Virus record (IMG/VR): IMGVR_UViG_3300011443_000005
Direction: 5' to 3' (one strand)
Source: a virus
Length of the DNA stretch: 49,419 bases
The translations under genes were made by a program, and so were the position numbers. The notes under the pieces are model-generated. The model worked only from the letters and a program-made list of their open reading frames with translations, searched no databases and had not been told where the DNA came from. This document shows, piece after piece, positions 25,843 to 33,300 of the stretch; the first letter of the stretch is position 1; the number at the start of each line of letters is the position of its first letter.

Positions 25843-26619
25843 ATGAATCTCGACAAAGTAAAAGACAGAATCCGTAAACTGCTTGCTATCGCCAACGATG
25901 ATAGTTCCGCCGACGGTGAAATATCAGCGGCGATGAAACTAGCAGAGGAAGCCCTAGAGAAGTATCACTTGGATAGAGCAGATGTTGAATCCCACGCAAC
26001 AACTGAGAAACCGCATACCGAAACACACATTGTTGAGAATTGTACGTTTCACGGTAAGCGTATGACTGCTTGGGAATCTCGTCTTTGGGTTGCTGTTAAG
26101 AAGCTAGTTGGTTCAGTCGGTGCTTACTCTGCAAAAAAGATTGTACCCAATGGAACATTCAAGGTACCTGAAAAACGGGAGGTACTTTGCTGGTATGGTC
26201 CAGCAGAGGATGTAGCAATTGCAACATCCCTATTTGCTGAATGGCGACACGTTATTGCAACCCTTGCCATTGCCAAGTTTCGGGGTTTCGCCCGCAATAA
26301 TGGGGCAAGGTATGCGCTTGGCTTTGCCGAGTCTCTGGTTGATAAGGCGGGAGAAGCAGACCAAAACCGACGCAAGCTCATTACCAATGCCACAACGGCT
26401 ATCGTCCATTGTACTTTCGGCAATCTCGGACAAGTCTTAGACCGCAAGCGAGAAGCTGCAACAGAATGGCTACGTAAGGAACAAGGTGTCCGACCAACTA
26501 GAGGATCAATCCGCCGTTGTTCAATCACAAGCAACAATTACGACGCGTATGAGGCAGGTCGAACCGATGGGCGCAATGCCAATTTCTCAGTTACCCAAAG
26601 TAAAAAACTAACCCACTAA
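25843..26619 (+). CDS. DUF2786-like protein (258 aa)
   Basis: The N-terminal KVKDRIRKLLAIANDDSSADGEISAAMKLAEEALEKY matches my recollection of the DUF2786 signature common in phages and plasmids. Confidence 0.5.
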   Translation: MNLDKVKDRIRKLLAIANDDSSADGEISAAMKLAEEALEKYHLDRADVESHATTEKPHTETHIVENCTFHGKRMTAWESRLWVAVKKLVGSVGAYSAKKIVPNGTFKVPEKREVLCWYGPAEDVAIATSLFAEWRHVIATLAIAKFRGFARNNGARYALGFAESLVDKAGEADQNRRKLITNATTAIVHCTFGNLGQVLDRKREAATEWLRKEQGVRPTRGSIRRCSITSNNYDAYEAGRTDGRNANFSVTQSKKLTH

Positions 26620-26640
26620 TAAAGGGAGGAACCACAAACC

Positions 26641-27210
26641 GTGAATACTCAAATAGTCGAAGATTCGACACATGTTCGAAAGATTCGAGAGATTCTACCG
26701 ACCCTAGAATACAAAGCGGTCTTTATACCACAATCTAAATCTCGTAACAAAGATGCTACAATACCAACACTCAATTGGCGGATATGTCTATCAAACCCCC
26801 CAAGAAGAGTTACTACTTTTGAAACAGACTACCAACAGGGGATAGGACACATTCCCAAGTGTCAGCAAACACATTCCCCAAAAGCAAAAACAGTAAACCT
26901 TGCACAATACGAAAGACAAGTAGCCGAGTCTGGCAAGTACTCAGAAAAAATACAAATGAATTCACTTTCTCTCTGGTTACCTCTCCCAAAACCCAACCTA
27001 GTTGATGTACTTTCCTGCTTAGTTCTAGAGTGTGATACATTAAACTATCCGGGCTTTGAAGATTGGGCAATGGAGTTTGGTTACGATTCGGATAGCCGTA
27101 AAACTAAACATCTTTACCAAAAATGTTTGGATGTCGCTCTTCGCTTCAAGTACTTCGTTGGTGGCGAAACAGTTATCAACCAGCTTGAAGAGGCTTTAAG
27201 GAATTGCTAA
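26641..27210 (+). CDS. Hypothetical protein (189 aa)
   Basis: GTG start with AAGGGAGG 12 nt upstream. No motif recognised. Confidence 0.6.
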   Translation: MNTQIVEDSTHVRKIREILPTLEYKAVFIPQSKSRNKDATIPTLNWRICLSNPPRRVTTFETDYQQGIGHIPKCQQTHSPKAKTVNLAQYERQVAESGKYSEKIQMNSLSLWLPLPKPNLVDVLSCLVLECDTLNYPGFEDWAMEFGYDSDSRKTKHLYQKCLDVALRFKYFVGGETVINQLEEALRNC

Positions 27211-27211
27211 T

Positions 27212-27514
27212 ATGGCATACATACACTTTGACAGTAAGTTTGTACCTTATGGCTTTGTCATTGCTAGAGAGCGAATACACTGGCGAAACTCACCAACAGA
27301 TTGTCTTATCCAATCTGATTGGGATTTCGCAGGGGTTGCGTCAACCATTGGTTGGATACCCTGCAAATGTGGTTCTTCCGATGGAACGATAAATTGTAAA
27401 GCCTGCAATCGTACCATTAGCGATATGCTATCAGAGGCATACAACTATATCCGAGCAAGAAACGGAAAACGCTACAAGTCACTAGACAGTTATCTAGGGG
27501 GACAAAATGGTTAA
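27212..27514 (+). CDS. Hypothetical protein (100 aa), CKC...CKAC
   Basis: ATG lies 1 nt after the upstream TAA. Confidence 0.55.
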   Translation: MAYIHFDSKFVPYGFVIARERIHWRNSPTDCLIQSDWDFAGVASTIGWIPCKCGSSDGTINCKACNRTISDMLSEAYNYIRARNGKRYKSLDSYLGGQNG

Positions 27515-27800
27515 GAAGAAAAAGAAGAAACACAAACCGCCAAAGTCAAAGCTACCCTTGACGTGGAAGAATTATAACGGTCTTCAGGAGTTGGACCGTC
27601 TGACACGACAAAAGAACGCCAAGCTTGCACCGTTAGGGTGCTCCGCTGATTTCGTACAATGGTACTATGATTTGTCTCGGACGGAACAAGGCACCTGGGC
27701 AAAATCAATTGGTTGGGTGGAGCTAGCTACCTACTCTATCTCAACTAAATGGCTTATAGATACCGCGTACCCTTGTGTGCAGAAAGTAGCAGGAAATTAA
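27507..27800 (+). CDS. Hypothetical protein (97 aa) with poly-Lys N-terminus
   Basis: 8-nt overlap with the upstream gene; starts MVKKKKKKHKPPKSK. Confidence 0.55.
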   Translation: MVKKKKKKHKPPKSKLPLTWKNYNGLQELDRLTRQKNAKLAPLGCSADFVQWYYDLSRTEQGTWAKSIGWVELATYSISTKWLIDTAYPCVQKVAGN

Positions 27801-27801
27801 C

Positions 27802-28164
27802 TTGGCATTGGTAAACCCAACACTCTGCCTAATCGAAGGGTGCGAACGTAGAGCGGTATGCCGCAAGGTATGTTTCTACCACTACCATTTATATCGTAAC
27901 AGTGGTAGACTACAAGAGTTACCCAAAACCGGAAGAGTAAAGATACGGTTTCATACAGTCCAACTGGATAAGTTACTCATTCAAAGGGCTTATAAGTTAG
28001 ACCTCTCCCCAACAGTATTAAAATATTCCATCCTGTTTGCGGGTATGGAGAAAACCGATAAGCGATTGTTGAAGCTGGTTGAACACTTCAACAAAATGTA
28101 CCATAGTGAGACTCATGCAGCGGTTGCGTTAGCCGCTGCAATTGAAGCCTCAAAAAGGGAGTAA
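27802..28164 (+). CDS. Zinc-finger protein (120 aa)
   Basis: C..GC.R....RK.C..HY..YR.SG motif at the N-terminus, a Cys/His DNA-binding-type motif seen in phage proteins. TTG start. Confidence 0.5.
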   Translation: MALVNPTLCLIEGCERRAVCRKVCFYHYHLYRNSGRLQELPKTGRVKIRFHTVQLDKLLIQRAYKLDLSPTVLKYSILFAGMEKTDKRLLKLVEHFNKMYHSETHAAVALAAAIEASKRE

Positions 28165-28166
28165 TA
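28157..28166 (+). promoter_or_regulatory. Start-associated motif GGGAGTAATA (copy 6, one mismatch)
   Basis: Its TAA is the stop of 27802..28164. 4 nt (gaca) before ATG 28171. Confidence 0.6.
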
Positions 28167-28170
28167 GACA

Positions 28171-28485
28171 ATGACACAACAATGGAAAATTAGCAAGACA
28201 GCTACAAAGGTTTATACCGATGAATTTGGGTGGACAAGGGTTATTTATCATAACGCTTGCGTTGTAAAGTTTAATCAAGATAAGATTATCCTGTCAATGG
28301 GTGGCTGGAATACCAACACTACCCGGACAAGAATGAATCAAGCGAGTAACCAATACGGATTAGGCTTTGGCGTACACCAAAAGAAAGGTACCCCATACGT
28401 ATGTATTGGTAGTGTGGACACAGAACTGAAAACGTCCAAGCCAAATATCATTGACCGCAAAACAGGGAAAGTGAGCACACAATGA
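28171..28485 (+). CDS. Hypothetical protein (104 aa)
   Basis: Motif-linked start. The GGWNTNTTRTRMNQ block looks like a conserved small phage protein family that I cannot name. Confidence 0.6.
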   Translation: MTQQWKISKTATKVYTDEFGWTRVIYHNACVVKFNQDKIILSMGGWNTNTTRTRMNQASNQYGLGFGVHQKKGTPYVCIGSVDTELKTSKPNIIDRKTGKVSTQ

Positions 28486-28700
28486 AACTCAAAATCGAAA
28501 TCGAGATGGAGAATGAAGCCTTTTTTCACAACGGAGAACCTACGAGAGAAAGTGAGGTGTCCAAGATTCTACACCAGTTTATACATAACAAAACCGATGA
28601 GGATTTTGACCTGGTCGGAAACACTTGGATATTGTTTGATTCCAACGGTAACCGAGTAGGTTACGCCAAAGTAATGAACGAAAGGATATCCAATGTCTAA
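28482..28700 (+). CDS. Hypothetical protein (72 aa)
   Basis: ATGA start/stop overlap with the upstream gene. Confidence 0.55.
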   Translation: MKLKIEIEMENEAFFHNGEPTRESEVSKILHQFIHNKTDEDFDLVGNTWILFDSNGNRVGYAKVMNERISNV

Positions 28701-28896
28701 AATTCTGCCTTTTACACACGTTGGAACGTATGAACCCAACGTCTGGCAACAGCAACAAATACAATTACTTGCTGAAGCCGCTAACAGACTCGGCCTAAAA
28801 TACACTCCTGAAACTTGTATGGATCAACTAATCCGACTTGGTTGGTCATTGTGGGGCGCTGACAACTTATCAAATGTGGAGATAACACAAGCATGA
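28693..28896 (+). CDS. Hypothetical protein (67 aa)
   Basis: 8-nt overlap upstream and an ATGA overlap downstream. Confidence 0.55.
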   Translation: MSKILPFTHVGTYEPNVWQQQQIQLLAEAANRLGLKYTPETCMDQLIRLGWSLWGADNLSNVEITQA

Positions 28897-29201
28897 AAGA
28901 CAAATCTTTTTCTATCGCTCTCCCGGAGAAAATGAGGATAGCGATTCTTGTCAGTTGTCCAGAAGAAATACAACAAGCGTTACGACACATTGTTATCCCT
29001 GGACCAGCAACCATTAAAGTACTCGTTACACCCGAAGAAAAGAAAGAAGAATCACTGATCAATGATTTGAATCAGGACTACACATTAGCCAAGAAGTGGA
29101 AGAGACGAGCAATCCAACACTCCGGGGTTCTGTGGCGGGAATACTTCGCTGAAGACCCAGAGCTAAACGACATACCTCGTGGGTACCCAGAAGTGGGCTA
29201 A
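28893..29201 (+). CDS. Hypothetical protein (102 aa)
   Basis: ATGA overlap with the upstream gene. Confidence 0.55.
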   Translation: MKDKSFSIALPEKMRIAILVSCPEEIQQALRHIVIPGPATIKVLVTPEEKKEESLINDLNQDYTLAKKWKRRAIQHSGVLWREYFAEDPELNDIPRGYPEVG

Positions 29202-29251
29202 ACCGCGAGCCGGATACCCTAGAATCGACGATCTTGGATTTTGTGACTACT

Positions 29252-29308
29252 TTCAGGGGTGGGGGGTTTCATCGCAGCTTAAGCGATGCCAGACCCCTTG
29301 CCCCTGAA
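29252..29308 (+). other. Long imperfect RNA hairpin (about 25 bp) between genes
   Basis: ttcagggg...cccctgaa outer stem, catcgc/gcgatg apical stem, middle section closed by G-U pairs that work only on the plus transcript. No U-tract follows. Confidence 0.5.
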
Positions 29309-29328
29309 ATACAGCAGGAATTTAGAAT

Positions 29329-29772
29329 ATGACACACACTGGAAAAGCCACCACGTTTATTCGATTCATTTACCCCAACGACGCGGAAGCGTTCAACGTT
29401 TGGGCTTGCGTCCAAGCTATTCGTCTAGCCCAGGTTTATAACCTCACTGTCCCGGATATTTTTCGGATGAACCAGTCAGCAAGATCACTTGCACACCTAG
29501 CCGCTAAACGAGAGTGGACAAGATTGCTGTTAGAAAATGTGAAGTACAAGCCGGAAAAGGGATTCATCCGAATTTGGGTAAGAGAGAAACCGATGGATAA
29601 ACCCCCAATGGGTTACAGAACTCTGGCTAGCAGACTACTGGAAAGATTTTCAGGTATGAGGATACGGGAAAAGAACCTTAAAGACACAAGAAAAATAGAT
29701 TGGCTAGCCGTAGCTAGACAAGCCAATGAAACAGATAAATTTTATGAGAAGCTTATCGGTCGAGAATCTTAA
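29329..29772 (+). CDS. Hypothetical protein (147 aa)
   Basis: ORF after the hairpin. Its stop overlaps the stop of the convergent gene 29769..30119 by 4 nt. Confidence 0.55.
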   Translation: MTHTGKATTFIRFIYPNDAEAFNVWACVQAIRLAQVYNLTVPDIFRMNQSARSLAHLAAKREWTRLLLENVKYKPEKGFIRIWVREKPMDKPPMGYRTLASRLLERFSGMRIREKNLKDTRKIDWLAVARQANETDKFYEKLIGRES

Positions 29773-30119
29773 GCTATCGGAATACCGGTTACCGTAAGCT
29801 TACCTGTTGTACAATCAGCAACACAATGGATGGAAAGAGTCTTAACAGCAAGTAGCCCTTCTCTGGAAACGTCAATCGTTTGATTGGCAGGCACAATAGT
29901 ATCAAAACTGGTTAGACTAGCTACAGCAGAAGGATTAACCTTAACCAGAACATTGCCAGCCGAATAATTGCTGACAAAACAAGGACTAACAGCCGTGAGA
30001 ATACCAGCAGAAGTACCCTCACTACGAAAGTCATACTCAACTACCGTACCAGCACCATGATTGCCACTGACCAAACGTGCAGGAAACGAAGATTTCATAA
30101 CCAGATGTCGCATACCCAC
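29769..30119 (-). CDS. Cassette gene 4: small beta-rich protein (116 aa)
   Basis: Last gene of the minus-strand cassette. Ser/Thr/Val-rich. Confidence 0.55.
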   Translation of the reverse strand: MGMRHLVMKSSFPARLVSGNHGAGTVVEYDFRSEGTSAGILTAVSPCFVSNYSAGNVLVKVNPSAVASLTSFDTIVPANQTIDVSREGLLAVKTLSIHCVADCTTGKLTVTGIPIA

Positions 30120-30136
30120 TCCCTTTCAACAAAACC

Positions 30137-30691
30137 TTAAACCTCGACCTCGAAATAAGCATACCACTTAATGACAACACGCTCATTCGTTGCCCAAGCA
30201 GAGGTAACGGTAGAGGTTTTTGTATAGCTGGTCAACGTCGTGGTAATGTCCTGAGAAATTTCGGAAATCAGAGTCTCCGTACCATCCACCGCACGATGAT
30301 ACATCCGGCCAATGATACGACGAATGGTTTCAAGATCACTCGCAGAATAATAAGCACCGAATTGCCAAGTAGCTGTTATCCCTGTGCAAACAACTTCATC
30401 CATTGCTCCCGCATTGGTAGCAAATTCCTCGATAAGACTTTCACAGGTAAGTACGGGGGTACAACTGGCAGTGTATTCAACATCATCATCATGCAATCCG
30501 CCAGTTTGAAGTATCCGATAACCGGAAATGTCAGATACATCATTACTCATCTGCAAAGTTTTGGTTGGTCCCGCAGCACTGCCAACAGTCATAGCACCAA
30601 TGTGTATAAGGGTTGGTCTAGACCGGGCATCGGACGGCAGGGTAACAATCGTGTCTGGAGCAGCTTCTATGTGTAGGTGTCCAGTTGCCAT
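30137..30691 (-). CDS. Cassette gene 3: hypothetical protein (184 aa)
   Basis: Starts 1 nt after the upstream stop. Thr/Ser-rich and beta-like. No motif recognised. Confidence 0.6.
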   Translation of the reverse strand: MATGHLHIEAAPDTIVTLPSDARSRPTLIHIGAMTVGSAAGPTKTLQMSNDVSDISGYRILQTGGLHDDDVEYTASCTPVLTCESLIEEFATNAGAMDEVVCTGITATWQFGAYYSASDLETIRRIIGRMYHRAVDGTETLISEISQDITTTLTSYTKTSTVTSAWATNERVVIKWYAYFEVEV

Positions 30692-31603
30692 TTACACGTC
30701 CATCACTTCATAAGCAACATGAAAGTCACCCGTTCTGGATGCAGTACCCACGGTAGCAGTAAGTTTCTTGTTTGTTGGTCCTACCCACTTACCCATCAAA
30801 GCACCACCACCACCAGGAGATTCGATTGAAGAAAAGATTGGATCAGAAGCAGTGTCAAATTGCAGAGTAAGTCTTGTGGTTCCCGCATTGCTACCAGCAG
30901 CCTTAATCATATAGCTACGTACTACAATCGCTTTGTTGGCTCCTGGAGCAGCTATTTGATCTACTGGTGTTGTTGTGGTTATTGTATCGTGTACGTACAG
31001 GGGATTTGCTGGGTTGGGATCAACCAATTGTTTGCCGTGTCTGTCAAAGACCGCATCCGTTCTATCCCCGGTAGCTACAGCGGTTGGTGCTGTTGCTGTT
31101 GCTACTGTTTTTCCACCAATCTTTATTGGGTTACCTGAATCCACCCCATCATGGGCCACATCACCCTGTACGGATACCGTAGCAGCAATGGATACGGGTT
31201 GTGTTGTTGCTCCCGTTGGGTCCGTTCGCACTTGACCATTCAAACCCAACCAAGCATCTACACGATCACCGTTAGCAACAGCAGTAGGTGTACCTGAAGA
31301 GGCTTTCCCACCAATTTTAATAGGACTACCTGTATCCGGTGCATCGTGTGCGGTGTCCCCTGTTACAGGTACAGGAGTAGTAAAAGTTACTGGTTGGGAG
31401 GTTGTACCTGTTGGGTCTGTCTTTAAGGCACCGTTAAGATTAAACCAAGCGTTAACTCTATCGCCGTTGCTTACCGCTGTTGGTGTACCTGATGCAGCTT
31501 TACCACCTATTTTGAGTGGGTTACCTGTATCCACATCATCATGCGGAACATTGCCCTGTATCATAGGCATGGAGTAACCCAAAGCTAGAGTATAACCCAA
31601 CAC
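30692..31603 (-). CDS. Cassette gene 2: repeat-containing fibre-like protein (303 aa)
   Basis: Contains 2.7 tandem 65-aa repeats (HD..D.GNPIKIGGK..SGTPTAV.NGDRV.AW..LNG...TDPTG.T.QPV). The fibre/receptor-binding call is inference. Confidence 0.65.
   Translation of the reverse strand: MLGYTLALGYSMPMIQGNVPHDDVDTGNPLKIGGKAASGTPTAVSNGDRVNAWFNLNGALKTDPTGTTSQPVTFTTPVPVTGDTAHDAPDTGSPIKIGGKASSGTPTAVANGDRVDAWLGLNGQVRTDPTGATTQPVSIAATVSVQGDVAHDGVDSGNPIKIGGKTVATATAPTAVATGDRTDAVFDRHGKQLVDPNPANPLYVHDTITTTTPVDQIAAPGANKAIVVRSYMIKAAGSNAGTTRLTLQFDTASDPIFSSIESPGGGGALMGKWVGPTNKKLTATVGTASRTGDFHVAYEVMDV
31010..31543 (-). repeat. Tandem 195-nt (65-codon) coding repeats, 2.7 copies
   Basis: Repeat units are residues 21-85, 86-150 and 151-198 of the 303-aa protein. 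The similarity is also visible at DNA level. Confidence 0.8.
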
Positions 31604-32004
31604 TATTTATACTCCACACCAAAGGCAGTAAAGGTTAGATCAGCTAGGTTCGCGGTGAAGACAACCAGTTCATGTCTAGGATACAAACTCAAACCGCTAA
31701 TAAACATTGGGTTACCTGGGTCTACCGGTTGATCAAACAAAAAGACTTGAGCACTAGCTTGATCTCCTGAGTCATTAGCTATTGTTCCCATTTTGAAGGT
31801 TCTTCTTACGGAACCAATGTTGCAGACCAGGATTAAACCTATTTCGATGGTTTGGTTTACTTGAGCAAGAATGAAGGAATACCAGTTTGCAGTAGGAACA
31901 CGAAGAGCAGTCGCATTAGCGGAAGAAAGAGCACCGACAGTGCCAGACTGCCCTACCGAACTTGATCCCGGAATTCCACCACCACCAGCCATGCAGGAAT
32001 TCAA
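31603..32004 (-). CDS. Cassette gene 1: hypothetical protein (133 aa; 129 aa if ATG 31992)
   Basis: First ORF downstream of the leftward promoter at 32170..32199. No clear SD for either the TTG 32004 or ATG 31992 start. Confidence 0.5.
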   Translation of the reverse strand: MNSCMAGGGGIPGSSSVGQSGTVGALSSANATALRVPTANWYSFILAQVNQTIEIGLILVCNIGSVRRTFKMGTIANDSGDQASAQVFLFDQPVDPGNPMFISGLSLYPRHELVVFTANLADLTFTAFGVEYK

Positions 32005-32061
32005 ACAGGTTTTGGTTGGGAGTCAAGTTTAGGCGTAGGGGTTGGCTCCTCCCCGCCTCTT

Positions 32062-32080
32062 GGTTTCCCGCAGGGAAACC
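32062..32080 (-). other. 8-bp hairpin in the cassette leader (ggtttccc gca gggaaacc)
   Basis: Perfect inverted repeat within the leader of about 160 nt predicted for the cassette. Confidence 0.45.
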
Positions 32081-32169
32081 TCTTATAGATATAACAACAA
32101 AAACCCCACCCTCGTAAAACACGCAGGTGGAGAAAAAATCACCCATACACCCGATGATGTACGAGGGGG

Positions 32170-32199
32170 GTTATAGGGGGGAGGAAAGAATTTTGTCAA
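32170..32199 (-). promoter_or_regulatory. Sigma70-type promoter facing the cassette
   Basis: Minus strand reads cTTGACAaa - 18 nt - TATAAC (-35 at 32199..32194, -10 at 32175..32170). Confidence 0.5.
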
Positions 32200-32210
32200 G
32201 AGGAAGTACT

Positions 32211-32228
32211 TTGTGAATCTTTTCACAA
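32211..32228. promoter_or_regulatory. Operator 1: perfect palindrome TTGTGA-atcttt-TCACAA (CRP-family consensus core TGTGA-N6-TCACA)
   Basis: Read directly. Its centre is about 23 bp upstream of the centre of the leftward -35 box. Confidence 0.7.
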
Positions 32229-32321
32229 TCTTTCCTGCTGGATGACCCCGAAAACCACGATTAGTAGGGAAAAGATCGAGAAAAAGCCTCTCGTCTTCCG
32301 GCGATGAATACCAGCAAAAGA

Positions 32322-32339
32322 TTGTGAAAATTGTCACAA
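32322..32339. promoter_or_regulatory. Operator 2: perfect palindrome TTGTGA-aaattg-TCACAA
   Basis: Read directly. Its half-sites are identical to operator 1. It lies 111 bp from operator 1 and about 54 bp upstream of the rightward -35 box. Confidence 0.7.
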
Positions 32340-32381
32340 AGCCCAGAGGGTAAAATAATCTAAAAAAATCTAAAAGAGTTG

Positions 32382-32409
32382 TTGACAAGATTAAGAAGCT
32401 TGGCAGAAT
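32382..32409 (+). promoter_or_regulatory. Sigma70-type promoter for the resumed plus arm (possibly leaderless)
   Basis: gTTGACAag - 16 nt - CAGAAT. ATG 32416 begins only 7 nt after the -10 and has no SD. Confidence 0.4.
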
Positions 32410-32415
32410 ACCAGC

Positions 32416-32631
32416 ATGTTAGCACAAGCAGTCAATGTGCAGTACCGATGTGACACCTGTAAGCAAATTACAGATACTTGGATAGGTATCCGAGTAACGG
32501 GTGATCTTTTTCATCGGATTTGTGCAGATTGCTTTTTCAAAGAGGAAAACGATGGCAGCGAAGAAAGCAAAGGGCAAAAGCCCAAAGCAGCCGGGATCAA
32601 CGAACGGGTTCAAACTGGTAAACAAGGATGA
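32416..32631 (+). CDS. Small zinc-ribbon protein (71 aa), family member
   Basis: YRCDTCKQITDTWIGIRVT...ICADCF matches YTCITCGKNKETMLGIRVT...CSMECSEAF of 46258..46491. Confidence 0.55.
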   Translation: MLAQAVNVQYRCDTCKQITDTWIGIRVTGDLFHRICADCFFKEENDGSEESKGQKPKAAGINERVQTGKQG

Positions 32632-32869
32632 GGTATCCTTTACCCAGCGGTCTCGCGGGGGTAGATGGAAGCCCTTGATCCAAGCCGCAATTGAAAACCC
32701 GGAGCAGGCTATCCTCATCCCATTGGAGGGAGATGAAGAAGAGCAGAAGGCGTCATACAAAAACTTTTCGCAGGGCATTTACCACCAGGCAAAAGCACTT
32801 AACGTATCTGTGTCGGTTGGACGAACCGATGACGGCGAGACTATGGTCGTCTGTCTGCGAAATGAATAG
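32552..32869 (+). CDS. Hypothetical basic protein (105 aa from ATG 32552)
   Basis: AGAGGA SD before ATG 32552 (MAAKKAKGKSPKQ...). The track ORF starts earlier at 32501. It overlaps the previous gene by 80 nt. Confidence 0.5.
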   Translation: MAAKKAKGKSPKQPGSTNGFKLVNKDEVSFTQRSRGGRWKPLIQAAIENPEQAILIPLEGDEEEQKASYKNFSQGIYHQAKALNVSVSVGRTDDGETMVVCLRNE

Positions 32870-32883
32870 GTTTAGTAGCTTAC

Positions 32884-32955
32884 GACTGCTTACACCCTTA
32901 CCTCCTCACGGGGATTCAGGTTTTTGCGATGGCTTGAGTCCGGGTGTAAGCAGTC
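32884..32955 (+). other. 72-nt structured RNA element (14-bp outer stem plus 9-bp inner stem)
   Basis: gactgcttacaccc / gggtgtaagcagtc are perfect. The inner ggattcagg / cttgagtcc stem needs two G-U pairs, which are possible only on the plus transcript. Confidence 0.5.
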
Positions 32956-33081
32956 TCTAAAATGGTGGACCTCCGCAACCGTTGCGGTAACGGGCTAACT
33001 GTCAATCACGGGGCAGGATGTCAAAGTTTAACTCACACACCCTCCACAGACTAGTGTGACACGAACGGAGAGCGGTTGCCG

Positions 33082-33300
33082 ATGGTCACCAAAGAAGAGC
33101 GAAAACAAGTTTGGGTAGTCGGTCAACTTCATTATTGGGACAAACTGAAGAGCACCCCGCAAATTAACGTGATAGATGATTGCGGGTCCATTGGCTATTT
33201 ACCCGTATTCGAAACCCGCGAACAAGCTGAGTTGGTTTCCCGTGATAATTTGATTTATGGAATGCACACATGCCCAAGACCAGTACAAGAAAACCAATAA
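33082..33300 (+). CDS. Hypothetical protein (72 aa from ATG 33082)
   Basis: GGAGAG lies 9 nt upstream of the ATG. The track start is a TTG two codons earlier. Confidence 0.5.
   Translation: MVTKEERKQVWVVGQLHYWDKLKSTPQINVIDDCGSIGYLPVFETREQAELVSRDNLIYGMHTCPRPVQENQ

Noticed and set aside
29769-32004. The idea that the opposite-strand cassette is an invertible (Gin/Cin-type) host-range segment
   Set aside because: The genome has no serine or tyrosine recombinase gene. I found no convincing inverted repeats at the cassette boundaries, only a 9/10-nt match (cctgctgtat versus cctgctggat) that is compatible with chance.
32083-32388. 101-aa minus-strand ORF spanning the cassette control region
   Set aside because: It has a TTG start, no SD, and a Phe/Leu/Pro-rich composition typical of translating the complement of A-rich DNA. 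It would bury both perfect palindromes and both promoters inside coding sequence. It remains possible if the promoter model is wrong.
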